Shown one piece after another: positions 27,019-37,592 of a stretch of DNA of 50,138 nucleotides. This DNA comes from Clostridia bacterium (lineage in GTDB: Bacteria; CBDUZB01; JAGLHV01), in the NCBI GenBank assembly GCA_030637025.1, contig DAOVVV010000001.1, positions 1 to 50,138 of the forward strand, read 5' to 3'. Under the pieces are notes generated by a model. The model was not told the DNA's origin, did not search any database, and worked only from the letters and a program-made list of their open reading frames with translations. The position numbers and the translations under genes were made by a program. Position 1 is the first letter of the stretch. Each line of letters opens with the position of its first letter.

Positions 27019-27210
27019 TTATAAACCATTTATCCTCTTTGGGTTGAAAACAAAAAAATTAAAATACGACCCACAACAAAGATTCAATAATTTATCGGCA
27101 AATGAATTATTATCAAAATAATTTAAAGGGAAACTTGTTTCATATTTAAGCCTGGTATAACTTAAAATATTTTTAAAATCACCCGTAAAAAATTCATCCT
27201 TCTCTATTAT
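27019..27210 (-). pseudogene. Possible 3' remnant of a lost gene
   Basis: 63 stop-free codons (IIEKDEFF...NPKRINGL*) without an ATG/GTG/TTG at the 5' end, filling the only large gap in the otherwise tightly packed 19.8-50 kb stretch. Confidence 0.3.
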
Positions 27211-27258
27211 TTATCTACTGTATTTTTAAACTTCTACAAGTCTCTGCTCACCATTAAT

Positions 27259-28755
27259 TCAGAAATATTGTTTATAGTAAATATTTCTCAATTCCTGAAA
27301 CATTTTATTGCCTTTTTCATCAGCCTTTTCAGCAAGCCGTATTTTATAAAATTCAGATTCCGGCAACTTCACATACAAGCAAAAAGTCCTCATCAATCCT
27401 AAAATTTCTTCCCTGCTTAACTGAGGCATATTTAATACTGTATCATATATAAGCGTTGCTGTGGAAGAATGATTGTCAATATAACCCTTTTTTAAACATA
27501 CTTCCCGTAAAGGAATACCTCTATACGGCGTAAATATGTATACACTAATGCTGTCTGCATTAATCCGACGATTTAAGTTAATCGTATCAAAAACCAATTC
27601 TCTCGTTTCATCAGGAAATCCAATCATGTTATTAACCGTAACAGGAATTGATGATTTTTTTAATATGTTAAAAGCCTTTAATACATCCTCATTTAAAAAA
27701 TGTTTATTTAAAAGTTTTTTTCTGAATTCTTCATTGCCATGTTCAAGACCAATGGACATTCGATTACAATTCATTTCTTCTAATAATTTTATCTTTTTTT
27801 CCGTTATAGTTTCAATCCTGGTTTGACACCAAAAAGGTAAACCTATTTTCCTGTACAACTTACTGAACTCATATAATTCGTCCTCCGTCATTGATAAAAA
27901 TGTTTCACAATTAAAATAAATATAATCAGCCCCATATTTTTCTTTGTGATATAAAACTTCATTTATAACTTTTTCTATTCTTTTCTTTCGAAAATAATTA
28001 CCAAGCTCTAATTTTCTATAGAACTTTCTCAAGGTAGGAGCCGCACAGAAAGAACAGTTATATAAACAACCTCTATCTATTTCTATCGGAACCATTTTAA
28101 AAATTTTTCCTTGCATCGGCCTATAAAATCGCTCTTTTTCAAAAATGCTAAAATCTGCATACAATAACGTATTCAAATCAATCAATGGTCGCAGAGAATT
28201 TTTTATTATTTTATCATTGTGTTTTACCCATATATTTTTTACCAAACTATAATCTTCGTTCTTAGCCATTTTTTCGCAAAGCTCTACCAATGCTTCTTCC
28301 CCTTCACCAATACAAATCATATCTATACAATCTTCCTTTATTACCTCTTCAGGCGAAAAAGTAGGATAAATCCCTCCCATAATATTTGGAATATTAAACT
28401 TCTCAACACATTTCAATAATAATACCCCTAATTTGTACGTATCTTCTACAGCATTTACAGCTATTAAATCCGGTTGATACTCCTTAACTTTTTTCTTGAA
28501 ATCATCAAAAACATTGGTATCCTTATAGAACACACCATATTTAGACAAATCAACTTCTCTCACCTGTAAATATTCAGCTCGTATTTCATCTTGAGTTTTC
28601 CTGCTATTCCTATACAAAGTAGTATCAAATAAACTAACCTGAAAGCCTTTGTCTTTTAAATACGCCGATAAAATAGAAATATTCGTTGGAAGTAAATTTA
28701 CCATAGTTAAATTTGGATAGACCAATAAAACCTTAAAATTCTTAATCATAAACAA
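27259..28755 (-). CDS. Cobalamin-binding (class B) radical SAM protein
   Basis: N-terminal B12-binding domain (GGIYPT, CIGEGE), RGCLYNCSFC (CxxxCxxC), IGLEHG, MIGFPDET. The start may be the ATG at 28749. Confidence 0.9.
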   Translation of the reverse strand: MFMIKNFKVLLVYPNLTMVNLLPTNISILSAYLKDKGFQVSLFDTTLYRNSRKTQDEIRAEYLQVREVDLSKYGVFYKDTNVFDDFKKKVKEYQPDLIAVNAVEDTYKLGVLLLKCVEKFNIPNIMGGIYPTFSPEEVIKEDCIDMICIGEGEEALVELCEKMAKNEDYSLVKNIWVKHNDKIIKNSLRPLIDLNTLLYADFSIFEKERFYRPMQGKIFKMVPIEIDRGCLYNCSFCAAPTLRKFYRKLELGNYFRKKRIEKVINEVLYHKEKYGADYIYFNCETFLSMTEDELYEFSKLYRKIGLPFWCQTRIETITEKKIKLLEEMNCNRMSIGLEHGNEEFRKKLLNKHFLNEDVLKAFNILKKSSIPVTVNNMIGFPDETRELVFDTINLNRRINADSISVYIFTPYRGIPLREVCLKKGYIDNHSSTATLIYDTVLNMPQLSREEILGLMRTFCLYVKLPESEFYKIRLAEKADEKGNKMFQELRNIYYKQYF

Positions 28756-30729
28756 TCAACCCTTTAGCCTTTCAATTCTATTCAAGAATTCATTATCTAA
28801 CTTTAAAAACTCACAATAATATTCAATAAAATCCCTGCACTTTTTATAAAGAAGAGGCGATTCCTGTTTTGTCATTATTTCATCCACTGTCCTTCTTAAT
28901 CCCTGTGAATTTTCTGCATAAATAGCCAAATCAGTTATACCGGAAAGAGGATTTATATCCACTGTGCTCAGGAGATGAGGAATAATCACCGGACATTGAG
29001 AAGCAATGCTTTCTAAAGCAGCGGAAGACCCCGCAACTACCGTTGCTTTTGATAATGGTAAAAGCCTGGTCAAAGAAGTATCTACGAATTTAAAAATATC
29101 TTTATTCATTTTTATATTTAAAGATTTAACTAATTTAAAAACATTAAGCAAAGGGTGACTCTTAACCAGTATTTGATAATTTGGTTTATCTCTAAATGCT
29201 TGATAGGCATAGAGTAAAACCTCTTTAGATTCTTTGGGATCAATAGATAAAGCAATTATTATTCTATTTTTTCTCTCTTTCCAAACTACTCTATGTTTTA
29301 ATAAATATCTATAATGTTGAAATCTAATATTACCCAACACAAAAACTCTTTTTTTATCCCAACCCATATCTTTAAAAAATTTAGCAGGAATATGTCCTAC
29401 ACAGGCCAAATAATCAGGTTTTGGCATTGTTTGAATATCCCCCCCTTCTTTTAATTCTTCTTTATAACTAAAATAATTTAAAAGCAATAAGGGAACGTGA
29501 GTGTGTTGAATACCTATTATTTTCGAATTTTTTCTTTTATGACCGGCAATATTCAACGCTTTTTCCCAGGCATGATTCTCAGCTAAATAAGTAATTGCTA
29601 TATCTTTTTTCAACTGATGAAAGAGTCTATTAAAAATACGGTAATAAATAAGCCCTTCAATTAAAACCCAACCACTGAAAGAATCATACCAATTTTTTCT
29701 AAAAATCATCCAAATATTAATATTTCCCAGGTATTTAAATTTCATGGAAACATAAGATAATTTTAAAAAAAATTTTATTGACAAATAAGTATATTGCAAA
29801 AGAACAATAAAAAAATCTACTATTCTTAAAAATTCTTCACAAAAAAAAAGAGAATTACCCCATTTATTTACTTTCCGGCCCAAATCAACACTTTCTACCC
29901 ATTTAAAACCGCCCAGCGGAACTACCATTGCTAACCAAACAAATTGGTTTTTATATTTATACTCCATGGCTTTTTGTAATGGTTCATAGTATTTATTAAT
30001 AAATTTTTTATTTTCAACGTCTTTTTTATTTACAAGAGGAAAATAGCTTAGCAAAAGGTATTTGCTGTTTCTCAATATTTTTTTGCGGCTATTTAATCCC
30101 GACATATATAATTTTAAAAAAACAACCCTTGCAAAAGTACGCAAAAAATATCCCCAGGCTTTTACAAAATTACTAAGAAAAAAAACAATCTCTGATTTTT
30201 TTTTATTTATTCTTAAATCATTACAGGTAACTCCTTTTTTTTTAAGGTTATTTATTATCGAACAAGTTAATTGCGAATCGTTAATGTTCAACCAAACCTC
30301 ATTACAGTAATATCTCTGCCGAACATCTAAAACAGTTAGTAATTTAACCAACTTATGATAACTGTTTGTTTTCAATGTATTCTTCTCTGCAATTAATGAA
30401 AACCACCATACAGAAAACGATTCAAAGGGACATTTAAAATAATCCTTTAAATTTCTATTTTTAGATATGAATAAATTGCCGAATTCATAAATAAATTTAA
30501 TATAATTGTCTTTTTCAGAAAATGCTCTTTCATTAAAATAATGAAGGAAAGGAACTTTTATAATTTCTTTCTTCCCTTGCATAATTTCAATCTCATGAAC
30601 GGTTGAAGAAATATAATCTTCATTGGTGGTCAAAGGACAAATAAATATTTTTTTATTTTCTCCAAACTTTTTAACATATTCTTTAGATCCTAAAACATTA
30701 TCAAATATATACAGAATATTTTCCGGCAC
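28756..30729 (-). CDS. Surface-carbohydrate biosynthesis protein (TIGR04326/LIC13510-like), putative GT-B transferase
   Basis: SVWWFSLIAEKN, LLSYF, YLAENHAWEKAL, GIQH, PDYLACVG, VKSHP, SSAALE; GTG start. Confidence 0.65.
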   Translation of the reverse strand: MPENILYIFDNVLGSKEYVKKFGENKKIFICPLTTNEDYISSTVHEIEIMQGKKEIIKVPFLHYFNERAFSEKDNYIKFIYEFGNLFISKNRNLKDYFKCPFESFSVWWFSLIAEKNTLKTNSYHKLVKLLTVLDVRQRYYCNEVWLNINDSQLTCSIINNLKKKGVTCNDLRINKKKSEIVFFLSNFVKAWGYFLRTFARVVFLKLYMSGLNSRKKILRNSKYLLLSYFPLVNKKDVENKKFINKYYEPLQKAMEYKYKNQFVWLAMVVPLGGFKWVESVDLGRKVNKWGNSLFFCEEFLRIVDFFIVLLQYTYLSIKFFLKLSYVSMKFKYLGNINIWMIFRKNWYDSFSGWVLIEGLIYYRIFNRLFHQLKKDIAITYLAENHAWEKALNIAGHKRKNSKIIGIQHTHVPLLLLNYFSYKEELKEGGDIQTMPKPDYLACVGHIPAKFFKDMGWDKKRVFVLGNIRFQHYRYLLKHRVVWKERKNRIIIALSIDPKESKEVLLYAYQAFRDKPNYQILVKSHPLLNVFKLVKSLNIKMNKDIFKFVDTSLTRLLPLSKATVVAGSSAALESIASQCPVIIPHLLSTVDINPLSGITDLAIYAENSQGLRRTVDEIMTKQESPLLYKKCRDFIEYYCEFLKLDNEFLNRIERLKG

Positions 30730-30741
30730 TTTTTCCCCTTA

Positions 30742-31665
30742 TTAATTTTTTTTTAATCCTTTTAAAAGATTATCAACCGATTCGTTTTCCATTTGAATTC
30801 TTGTTTCTCTGGCATAAGTTCCCATATGGGCAGTTAATATTATATTGTCCATGTCTTTTAAAGGCCCGTTATAAGGCTCTTCTTCAAAAACATCTAAAGC
30901 CGCTCCCCTAATACTCTTATTCTCTAAAACCCCCTTTAATGCTCCTTCATCAACTATTCCTCCCCTGGCAGTATTTATTAATAAGGCATCTTTTTTCATA
31001 AGATTAAATTCCTTCATTCCTATAAAATTTTGCACTTTCGGAGAAAAAGGAATATGTATGGAAATAATATCGGCCTGTGATAAAAGTTGATTTAGAGGAA
31101 CTATTTTGATTTTAAATTTCCGCACAAATGAAACATCGGGTTTTAATTCATATGCTATGACCTTAACATTAAACGGTTGAACCAGTTCTACTACTCTTTT
31201 ACCTATCTTTCCCAACCCTATAATACCCAGGGTTTTTTTATAGAGTAATTCTCCCATAAGTTTGGCCCATTTTCCATTTCTGATATTTCGATTGCTTTCT
31301 GTTATCCGACGGCACAATGAAATAATTAATCCCAAGGTCAATTCCGCCACCGATTCGACAGGAACATCGGGAGTGGAAAAAACTTTTATCCCCATCTTTT
31401 TTGCCGCTTCCAAATCAACATTGTCTAACCCTGCCCCGCAACGGGAAATTACTTTTAAGTTATTTGCTTTTTCTAAGACTTCCATTGTTAAAGGTTCTGT
31501 CCCGGCAATTAAACCCGTTACCCCTTTCAGTAAGTCAATACTCTCTTGCGGTTTAAGTTGCCGTTTATACGGATTTAATGTGATATCCAATCCTGTTTTT
31601 TTTAATTTTTCTAAAGAATCTCCGGTAAATTTACCAAAAGAACTGGTAGAAATCAAAACCTTCAT
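30742..31665 (-). CDS. D-2-hydroxyacid dehydrogenase (phosphoglycerate dehydrogenase-like, no ACT domain)
   Basis: ISRCGAGLDNVD, VAELTLG, GIIGLGKIG, INTARGGIVDE, AALDVFEEEP, TAHMG. Confidence 0.88.
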   Translation of the reverse strand: MKVLISTSSFGKFTGDSLEKLKKTGLDITLNPYKRQLKPQESIDLLKGVTGLIAGTEPLTMEVLEKANNLKVISRCGAGLDNVDLEAAKKMGIKVFSTPDVPVESVAELTLGLIISLCRRITESNRNIRNGKWAKLMGELLYKKTLGIIGLGKIGKRVVELVQPFNVKVIAYELKPDVSFVRKFKIKIVPLNQLLSQADIISIHIPFSPKVQNFIGMKEFNLMKKDALLINTARGGIVDEGALKGVLENKSIRGAALDVFEEEPYNGPLKDMDNIILTAHMGTYARETRIQMENESVDNLLKGLKKN

Positions 31666-32415
31666 TTAATCCCCCCCACTAACACTAAATGTTTCTCCTG
31701 TAATAAAATCTCCTGATTCCGAAGCTAAAAACAAAGCCATCCGGGAAACATCCATCGGTTCTCCCGGCCTTTTTAAAGGAATAAGTTTTATTCTGGCTTC
31801 AATATTCGGTCTTTTAAATTTTTTATGAAATGGGGTATCTATAAATCCACCCCTTATCGTATTAACCAAAATATTATAGGGCGCTCCTGCCCTGGATAAC
31901 CCAATAGTAACGGATTCCAACGCCCCTTTTGCTGCCCCATAATGTAAAGAATTGGTCGACCCCCCATATTTAGCTGCAATTGAACTGATATTTATTATTT
32001 TTCCGCCTTTATTCTTTTTCATATGAATAAAAGCCTGCCGGGCTAAAAAAAAGGGAGCTTCAACATTTAAAGAAAACGTTTCTTTCCATGATTTTTCATC
32101 CAGATTTAAAAAATGTTTATTACCGATTATTCCTCCAGCATTGTTAATAAGTATATCTATCCCTTTAAAAACACTAATGAAAGAACTTACCAACTTTGCT
32201 CTTTCTTTCGCTTTTAACAAATCCGCTTTAAATATTTCCGCCTCTCCGCCTTTGGTTTTTATCATTTTACGCAACTTTTTTGCTCTCTCATATCCCCGAC
32301 AATAATGAATCCCAACCGTTGCTCCATAGGAAGAAAATAACTCCGCCATACATGCCCCTATTCCGGAACTTGCTCCGGTAATAAGAACTTTTTTATTTTT
32401 TATTTTTTCAAACAT
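31666..32415 (-). CDS. Classical short-chain dehydrogenase/reductase
   Basis: TGASSGIG, LINNAG, NISS, YGAAK (YxxxK). Confidence 0.9.
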   Translation of the reverse strand: MFEKIKNKKVLITGASSGIGACMAELFSSYGATVGIHYCRGYERAKKLRKMIKTKGGEAEIFKADLLKAKERAKLVSSFISVFKGIDILINNAGGIIGNKHFLNLDEKSWKETFSLNVEAPFFLARQAFIHMKKNKGGKIINISSIAAKYGGSTNSLHYGAAKGALESVTIGLSRAGAPYNILVNTIRGGFIDTPFHKKFKRPNIEARIKLIPLKRPGEPMDVSRMALFLASESGDFITGETFSVSGGD

Positions 32416-32442
32416 AAAATTATCCTTTCGCTATTTTTAATT

Positions 32443-33195
32443 TTATTTATTATGAGAAATTTCTTCCTCGGTAAAACCGTTTTTACGCAGCCAATACTCT
32501 ACCTGAGGAATCTGCCAGTCATAATCCACATCACATCCACCCCATTGTTTTAGCGGATATATTTTTTGCCCCATCCATTTCTGAGGCAACAGCCCTTTTT
32601 CCATATTCTCAAGACAGGCAGGTCTTACTATTGAAACTCCCATATCAGCAAACCAAACATCTCCCTGTGAATCTCTATCGCAATTCAATTTTTGCGGATT
32701 ACCGAAGGTTTCAAAAGGGACAAAAGGATGTAATAAATTATCTTTCCCAATCTTCCTTGCTCGTAACGGACTCCACATATTATAACGGGAAACCGTTACG
32801 GCAGAATCAAAAGATGGATTAGCTCGTAAAACCTCTATCCCTTTATCAATAGTTTCGGCTAAAACATTTACAGCATTACACAATAATAAAACCACTATTT
32901 CAACATTTTTGTTAATATGAGAAACTATATGCTTATATCCGTGTACAAAAACATTTTCGCCTAAAGCTTCATCTGTGCATAATTCGCCGGGACGATGAAT
33001 AATTTTTGCTCCGAAGCTGAGGGCAATGTTTTTTAACTTTTCAGAATCCGTAGTTAAAAAAACCTCATCAACATATTTTGAATTTTTTGCCGCAAGTAAA
33101 GGATAAGCCATCAGCGGCCTTCCAAGAACCGGATATGTATTTTTCCCCGGAAATCCTTTACTACCCTCCCTACCCATCAGAATCGCAGGAATCAT
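32443..33195 (-). CDS. NeuA/KdsB-superfamily cytidylyltransferase (divergent subgroup)
   Basis: GREGSKGFPGKN, TTDS, CDVDYDWQ; ATGA overlap with the upstream radical SAM gene. Confidence 0.8.
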   Translation of the reverse strand: MIPAILMGREGSKGFPGKNTYPVLGRPLMAYPLLAAKNSKYVDEVFLTTDSEKLKNIALSFGAKIIHRPGELCTDEALGENVFVHGYKHIVSHINKNVEIVVLLLCNAVNVLAETIDKGIEVLRANPSFDSAVTVSRYNMWSPLRARKIGKDNLLHPFVPFETFGNPQKLNCDRDSQGDVWFADMGVSIVRPACLENMEKGLLPQKWMGQKIYPLKQWGGCDVDYDWQIPQVEYWLRKNGFTEEEISHNK

Positions 33196-34169
33196 TTTTC
33201 CTCCTCCATCGATTTTCTAATTTCGCTGTCTCTTAGAAAACAACCGTTACATCCTTCAACTAAATGAGAATCTCCATTTTTATGGAGCTCTCTGACCTTG
33301 TTTAGTCTTTCAGCTTTCCATGCATCCTTGATCGAAACGCTCTCAATATTTCCTAAACTTAACAGGGCACGGTCATCATGATTACAGGGAATAATAGTAC
33401 CATCCCACCATACACACATCCGTTGCCATAATTGTGGACATGCCCAGGAATAAACAATGTCCTCTTTATGTTCTTTCATTTCCTTATAATCCAGATAAGC
33501 AACTTCATCTGCACCTTTCGCCAACCAGAAATTTTTATATTCTTTCAAATGATTTATCAATTCCGGGACTAAAACAGTCTGAACTCTTACTTTAGGATAA
33601 TCTATACCCATCTTCTTTCTCAACTGTATTAGTCTCTCTACATTTTTAACTACTTTATTAAAATCAGACCCCACACGATATTTTTCATACACATCCTTTG
33701 TGTATCCCTCAAAAGATATGGTAATTCTATCAAGTTTTGCATCAATTAATTTTAAAGCTTTTTCCTCATTTAATTTTAGTCCGTGAGTATTAAAATAAAC
33801 ATCTATAAGCCCCTTATCTTTAGCATACTTAACAAATTTATGAATCTCCGGGTGAAGAAGCGGTTCCCCCCTGAAATTAAACTTCACTCCGTAAAGTCCG
33901 TTGTCAGCCCCTTCATCAATAATCTTTTTCACCAGATCAAATTTTATAAAACCACCCTTTATCCGTTCTCTATTATAGCAAAAAGAACATCTTAAATTGC
34001 AAGTGCTTGTAGACTCAATATCTATAAACAAAGGAAAGTCCGGTACAGTAAATTTTTCCGGACATTTGAGCCATTTTAAGCGATATTCCTTAAATCTCTC
34101 ATCCTTATTTTCAAATATATTTTTACCGCCCAACACATGAAAATTTGTATTTACTCCTATTTTAACCAT
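33192..34169 (-). CDS. Radical SAM protein with SPASM/twitch domain
   Basis: CNLRCSFC, RGEPLLHP; C-terminal CPQLWQR...DGTIIPC...CNGC. Confidence 0.9.
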   Translation of the reverse strand: MVKIGVNTNFHVLGGKNIFENKDERFKEYRLKWLKCPEKFTVPDFPLFIDIESTSTCNLRCSFCYNRERIKGGFIKFDLVKKIIDEGADNGLYGVKFNFRGEPLLHPEIHKFVKYAKDKGLIDVYFNTHGLKLNEEKALKLIDAKLDRITISFEGYTKDVYEKYRVGSDFNKVVKNVERLIQLRKKMGIDYPKVRVQTVLVPELINHLKEYKNFWLAKGADEVAYLDYKEMKEHKEDIVYSWACPQLWQRMCVWWDGTIIPCNHDDRALLSLGNIESVSIKDAWKAERLNKVRELHKNGDSHLVEGCNGCFLRDSEIRKSMEEEK

Positions 34170-34232
34170 AAATCTTCCTCTTTTTTTTAATTTTTAAAAA
34201 CCAATTATTCCGGAGGTATTTCATTATATTTT

Positions 34233-36044
34233 TTACGTATCTTTATTCTCTGCTCTCCCTTCATTGGGTGTCTTTACTTTATACTGAAGGTTATAATATT
34301 CAGCATAATGTTCTTTCTTAGCCAATAATTCACTTTGCGTTCCAATCTCAACAATTTCTCCCTTTTCAATCACAACAATTTTATTGGCTTTTTCCAATGT
34401 AGAAAAACGATGAGCAACAATAATAACCGTACAATCTCCACGTATTTTCTCAATAGCGTTTTGAATATGATGTTCCGACTGAACATCTAATGCACTCATC
34501 GCTTCATCCAAAATGAGTATTTCCGGTTTCTTAATTAACGCCCGTGCCAAAGCTATTCGCTGTCTCTGCCCCCCGGAAAGGAGAACACCACGATCGCCTA
34601 CTATTGTATTGTACTCACGGGGTAAGTCCATGATATATTCATGAATATAGGCTTCTTTCGCAGCCTTTACGATTTCATCTTCCGAGGCATCCGTTTTTCC
34701 GTAAATAATATTATTCTTTATAGTATCATGAAAAAGAAAATTATCCTGCAAAACCAGTCCGATTTTGGAACGCCATGACTCTATAGCCAGGTCTTTTAGA
34801 TTTATACCATCCACAGTAATTATTCCCCTGGTCGGGTCATAAAAACGAAACAGTAGTTCGATCAAAGTAGATTTACCGCCTCCCGAAGCCCCTACCAAAG
34901 CCACTACTTCGCCATTTTTGATTTCAAAAGAAACATCCTTTAGAGCAACCACTTCCTTCCCCTTGTAACTGAAATAGACCTCCTTGAAAGAAATACCATC
35001 ATGAAAACTATCAATTGTCTTCTCTCCGTTGATGATATAAGGTTTATTGTCCCGGGATATCAAATCACTGGTTTTTTCTAAGGGGACAATAGTCTCAGCC
35101 AGATTAGTCCGATAAGCATTGAATTTTGTTACATCCGGTGCCAAACGAGAGAGAATAAAGAGAAATGTAATTAATACCGCGAAATTCAGTTCAAATATTT
35201 GAACGCTGAGAAATATTATCCCTACAAGAGATAATGCCATTGTAAACTCGGATATGGCTACGACAAGTGTTGCATTAAACTTTTTACTCAATTGAATGGA
35301 CCGCGCTTCTTCCAGAATATTCCCAACTTTACCGATTTCATTTTTCTCTTGCAAATATGCCTTCACAATTTTTATTCCGGAAAAAAGCTCCAAAAGTTTA
35401 GAAGCAATCAAGTTTCTCTTCTCCAGTCCTCTCTTAGACAATCTTTGAACTTTCCCAATCATAAATTGAATCAACAAACTTACAACAGCAAATATTCCTA
35501 ACATAAGCATCATCATTTTCCACGACAACAAACTCATCATAATTATATACATAATCAGCGTGAAGATCTGAACTATTAAACATATAAATAGATACACCGA
35601 CTGAGCGCCTTCTCTTGCTTCTCTGACAATAGTATTGATTAAACTTCCTATTTTTTTCTTATGATAATAAGATACACCAACCTCCAAGAGGCTCCTAATA
35701 GATTCTACCCTGAGCCATTTAGTACAGTCAACACATAATTTATTACCTAAGTAATTATGAATCACCGTAAGAAAAATCTTAAGAGATATCATAATGAACA
35801 TAGAAGATAACAAGACGGAAAATGTAGGAGTTATGTGTAATATGGAATATAAATAATTAATTTTTTTTAAAAGCCAGGAACTATATTCCGGATTTGTTCC
35901 TGCCTGCAGGGTTTCCAAAAGCGGCACAAATAATCCTATACCAACACCATAAAACAGAGTTCCTACCAGAGCAAGTATAAATATTAATAAACTCATCCCT
36001 TTACGACGCCACAAATAATCAAAGATAAATTTATAGTTTTTCAT
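34233..36044 (-). CDS. ABC exporter (TMD+NBD), MsbA/PglK/Wzk-like lipid-linked glycan flippase
   Basis: N-terminal TM domain; Walker A GASGGGKST, signature LSGGQRQR, Walker B ILILDEA, AHR. Confidence 0.9.
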   Translation of the reverse strand: MKNYKFIFDYLWRRKGMSLLIFILALVGTLFYGVGIGLFVPLLETLQAGTNPEYSSWLLKKINYLYSILHITPTFSVLLSSMFIMISLKIFLTVIHNYLGNKLCVDCTKWLRVESIRSLLEVGVSYYHKKKIGSLINTIVREAREGAQSVYLFICLIVQIFTLIMYIIMMSLLSWKMMMLMLGIFAVVSLLIQFMIGKVQRLSKRGLEKRNLIASKLLELFSGIKIVKAYLQEKNEIGKVGNILEEARSIQLSKKFNATLVVAISEFTMALSLVGIIFLSVQIFELNFAVLITFLFILSRLAPDVTKFNAYRTNLAETIVPLEKTSDLISRDNKPYIINGEKTIDSFHDGISFKEVYFSYKGKEVVALKDVSFEIKNGEVVALVGASGGGKSTLIELLFRFYDPTRGIITVDGINLKDLAIESWRSKIGLVLQDNFLFHDTIKNNIIYGKTDASEDEIVKAAKEAYIHEYIMDLPREYNTIVGDRGVLLSGGQRQRIALARALIKKPEILILDEAMSALDVQSEHHIQNAIEKIRGDCTVIIVAHRFSTLEKANKIVVIEKGEIVEIGTQSELLAKKEHYAEYYNLQYKVKTPNEGRAENKDT

Positions 36045-36097
36045 TTCTCCTTACACTTCCTTTTGTTATTCTTATTGCTCTATTTAATTAAACCCGT

Positions 36098-37519
36098 TTA
36101 CTTAGATAAGCCGTCCCGCAAGAAATAAATAATCCGGATTATCTTTTTCCCAAAATATGTTCCTTTTAAATAAAATACCAACTTCTCTCTTAAATTAGAT
36201 ACCAATAAATATTTTATTCCTCTTAATAGACTAATCCTTCTGTATACTAAATACTGGAAATTATCATAATAATATTTAATTCTTTCCTTGCTTATCTGAG
36301 GATAGTTAAGAATCGATTCTTTTTTTTCAAATACTTCTTTATTCTCATCCGCATTTAACCAACCTTTTTTTACACATAAATCAAATAATTCCGAGCCTTT
36401 ATAAGGATAAAAAATACTAACCCCTATTGATGAAGCTCCAACTCCGGCATTTAACGCTATTGTTTCTTCTATCATTTCTTCCGTCTCATACGGTAACCCA
36501 ATAACATTCGGAGCGACAGATTCTATATTACAGCTATGAATTATTTTAAAAGCCTCTATAATTTTTTTTCGAGAAATATTCCTTTTCATAATTTTATTTC
36601 TTATAAAATCATTTCCGGATTCAATAGAAAGTAAAATTCTGTAGCAACCTGCTTTTTTTAATTTTTTAATAAGTTCTTCAGTAACTATATTCGGACGAAG
36701 ATGACACATAAACGGATAACTGAATTTTTTTGAATATAAACATAAAAATTCATCTAACCATTTTCTGTTCATTGCAAAAATATCATCCAATATCCAAATT
36801 TTTTTAAAATTATAATTTCTATCCAATAATTCCAATTCTTCCATGCAATTATCGGGGGATCTATAGCGGATATAGTGCTCCTCACTAAACCCATAAACTT
36901 CTCTAATCTTTTTGTTTGAACAATATGTACAATTAAAGGGACACCCTCTGGAAAAAACAACTTGTAATATTTTGCTATTATCATTCAATATTTTTTGATA
37001 ATCAAAAAGTTCCCTTTCGGGAAAAGGCAAAACATTTAAATCACTATGTTTCAAAACCACTTTATTTTTTTTTAATCTTCCTTCTTCATCTTTATAAGCA
37101 AAATTGTCAATATCTCTATAATCATTATTTTCCTCAAATCTATTAATAAACTCTAAAAATTGCTCTTCACTCTCTCCGATAAAAATCCCATCCAAACTAT
37201 CCGATTCTAAAATACAGGCAGGATATATCGTTGGATGCACACCGCCGCATACAATAGTCACATCTTTAAATATTTTTTTTATTTCATTACTTATCATATT
37301 CACATAATAAAACTGAGAAGAAACAGACGTAAAACCAATAATTTCAGGATTATAATTTTTAATAAATTCCATCAACTGATTAATTGCGGATTTATTATGG
37401 ATTATCTGTAACTTTACTTCATGATATCTTTTTATATAACTAATTATTGAAGCCAGTCCGAAATGATAATCTTCAGGATGAATAGTATTAATATTTGTAT
37501 AAACCAATAATATTTTCAT
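36098..37519 (-). CDS. Cobalamin-binding (class B) radical SAM protein
   Basis: GLASI, GGVHPT, IGESE, SRGCPFNCTYC, IESG, IGLPYET. Confidence 0.9.
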   Translation of the reverse strand: MKILLVYTNINTIHPEDYHFGLASIISYIKRYHEVKLQIIHNKSAINQLMEFIKNYNPEIIGFTSVSSQFYYVNMISNEIKKIFKDVTIVCGGVHPTIYPACILESDSLDGIFIGESEEQFLEFINRFEENNDYRDIDNFAYKDEEGRLKKNKVVLKHSDLNVLPFPERELFDYQKILNDNSKILQVVFSRGCPFNCTYCSNKKIREVYGFSEEHYIRYRSPDNCMEELELLDRNYNFKKIWILDDIFAMNRKWLDEFLCLYSKKFSYPFMCHLRPNIVTEELIKKLKKAGCYRILLSIESGNDFIRNKIMKRNISRKKIIEAFKIIHSCNIESVAPNVIGLPYETEEMIEETIALNAGVGASSIGVSIFYPYKGSELFDLCVKKGWLNADENKEVFEKKESILNYPQISKERIKYYYDNFQYLVYRRISLLRGIKYLLVSNLREKLVFYLKGTYFGKKIIRIIYFLRDGLSK

Positions 37520-37592
37520 ATTTATCCCGTATATCCATTCAAATTTACATATTTATAAACCTACATTAATCTAATCTTTTGGTCTTCTTATT

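Noticed and set aside
30742-31665. Housekeeping serA
   Set aside because: Lacks the ACT/ASB regulatory domains and is packed within a sugar-nucleotide module, so no gene symbol was assigned.
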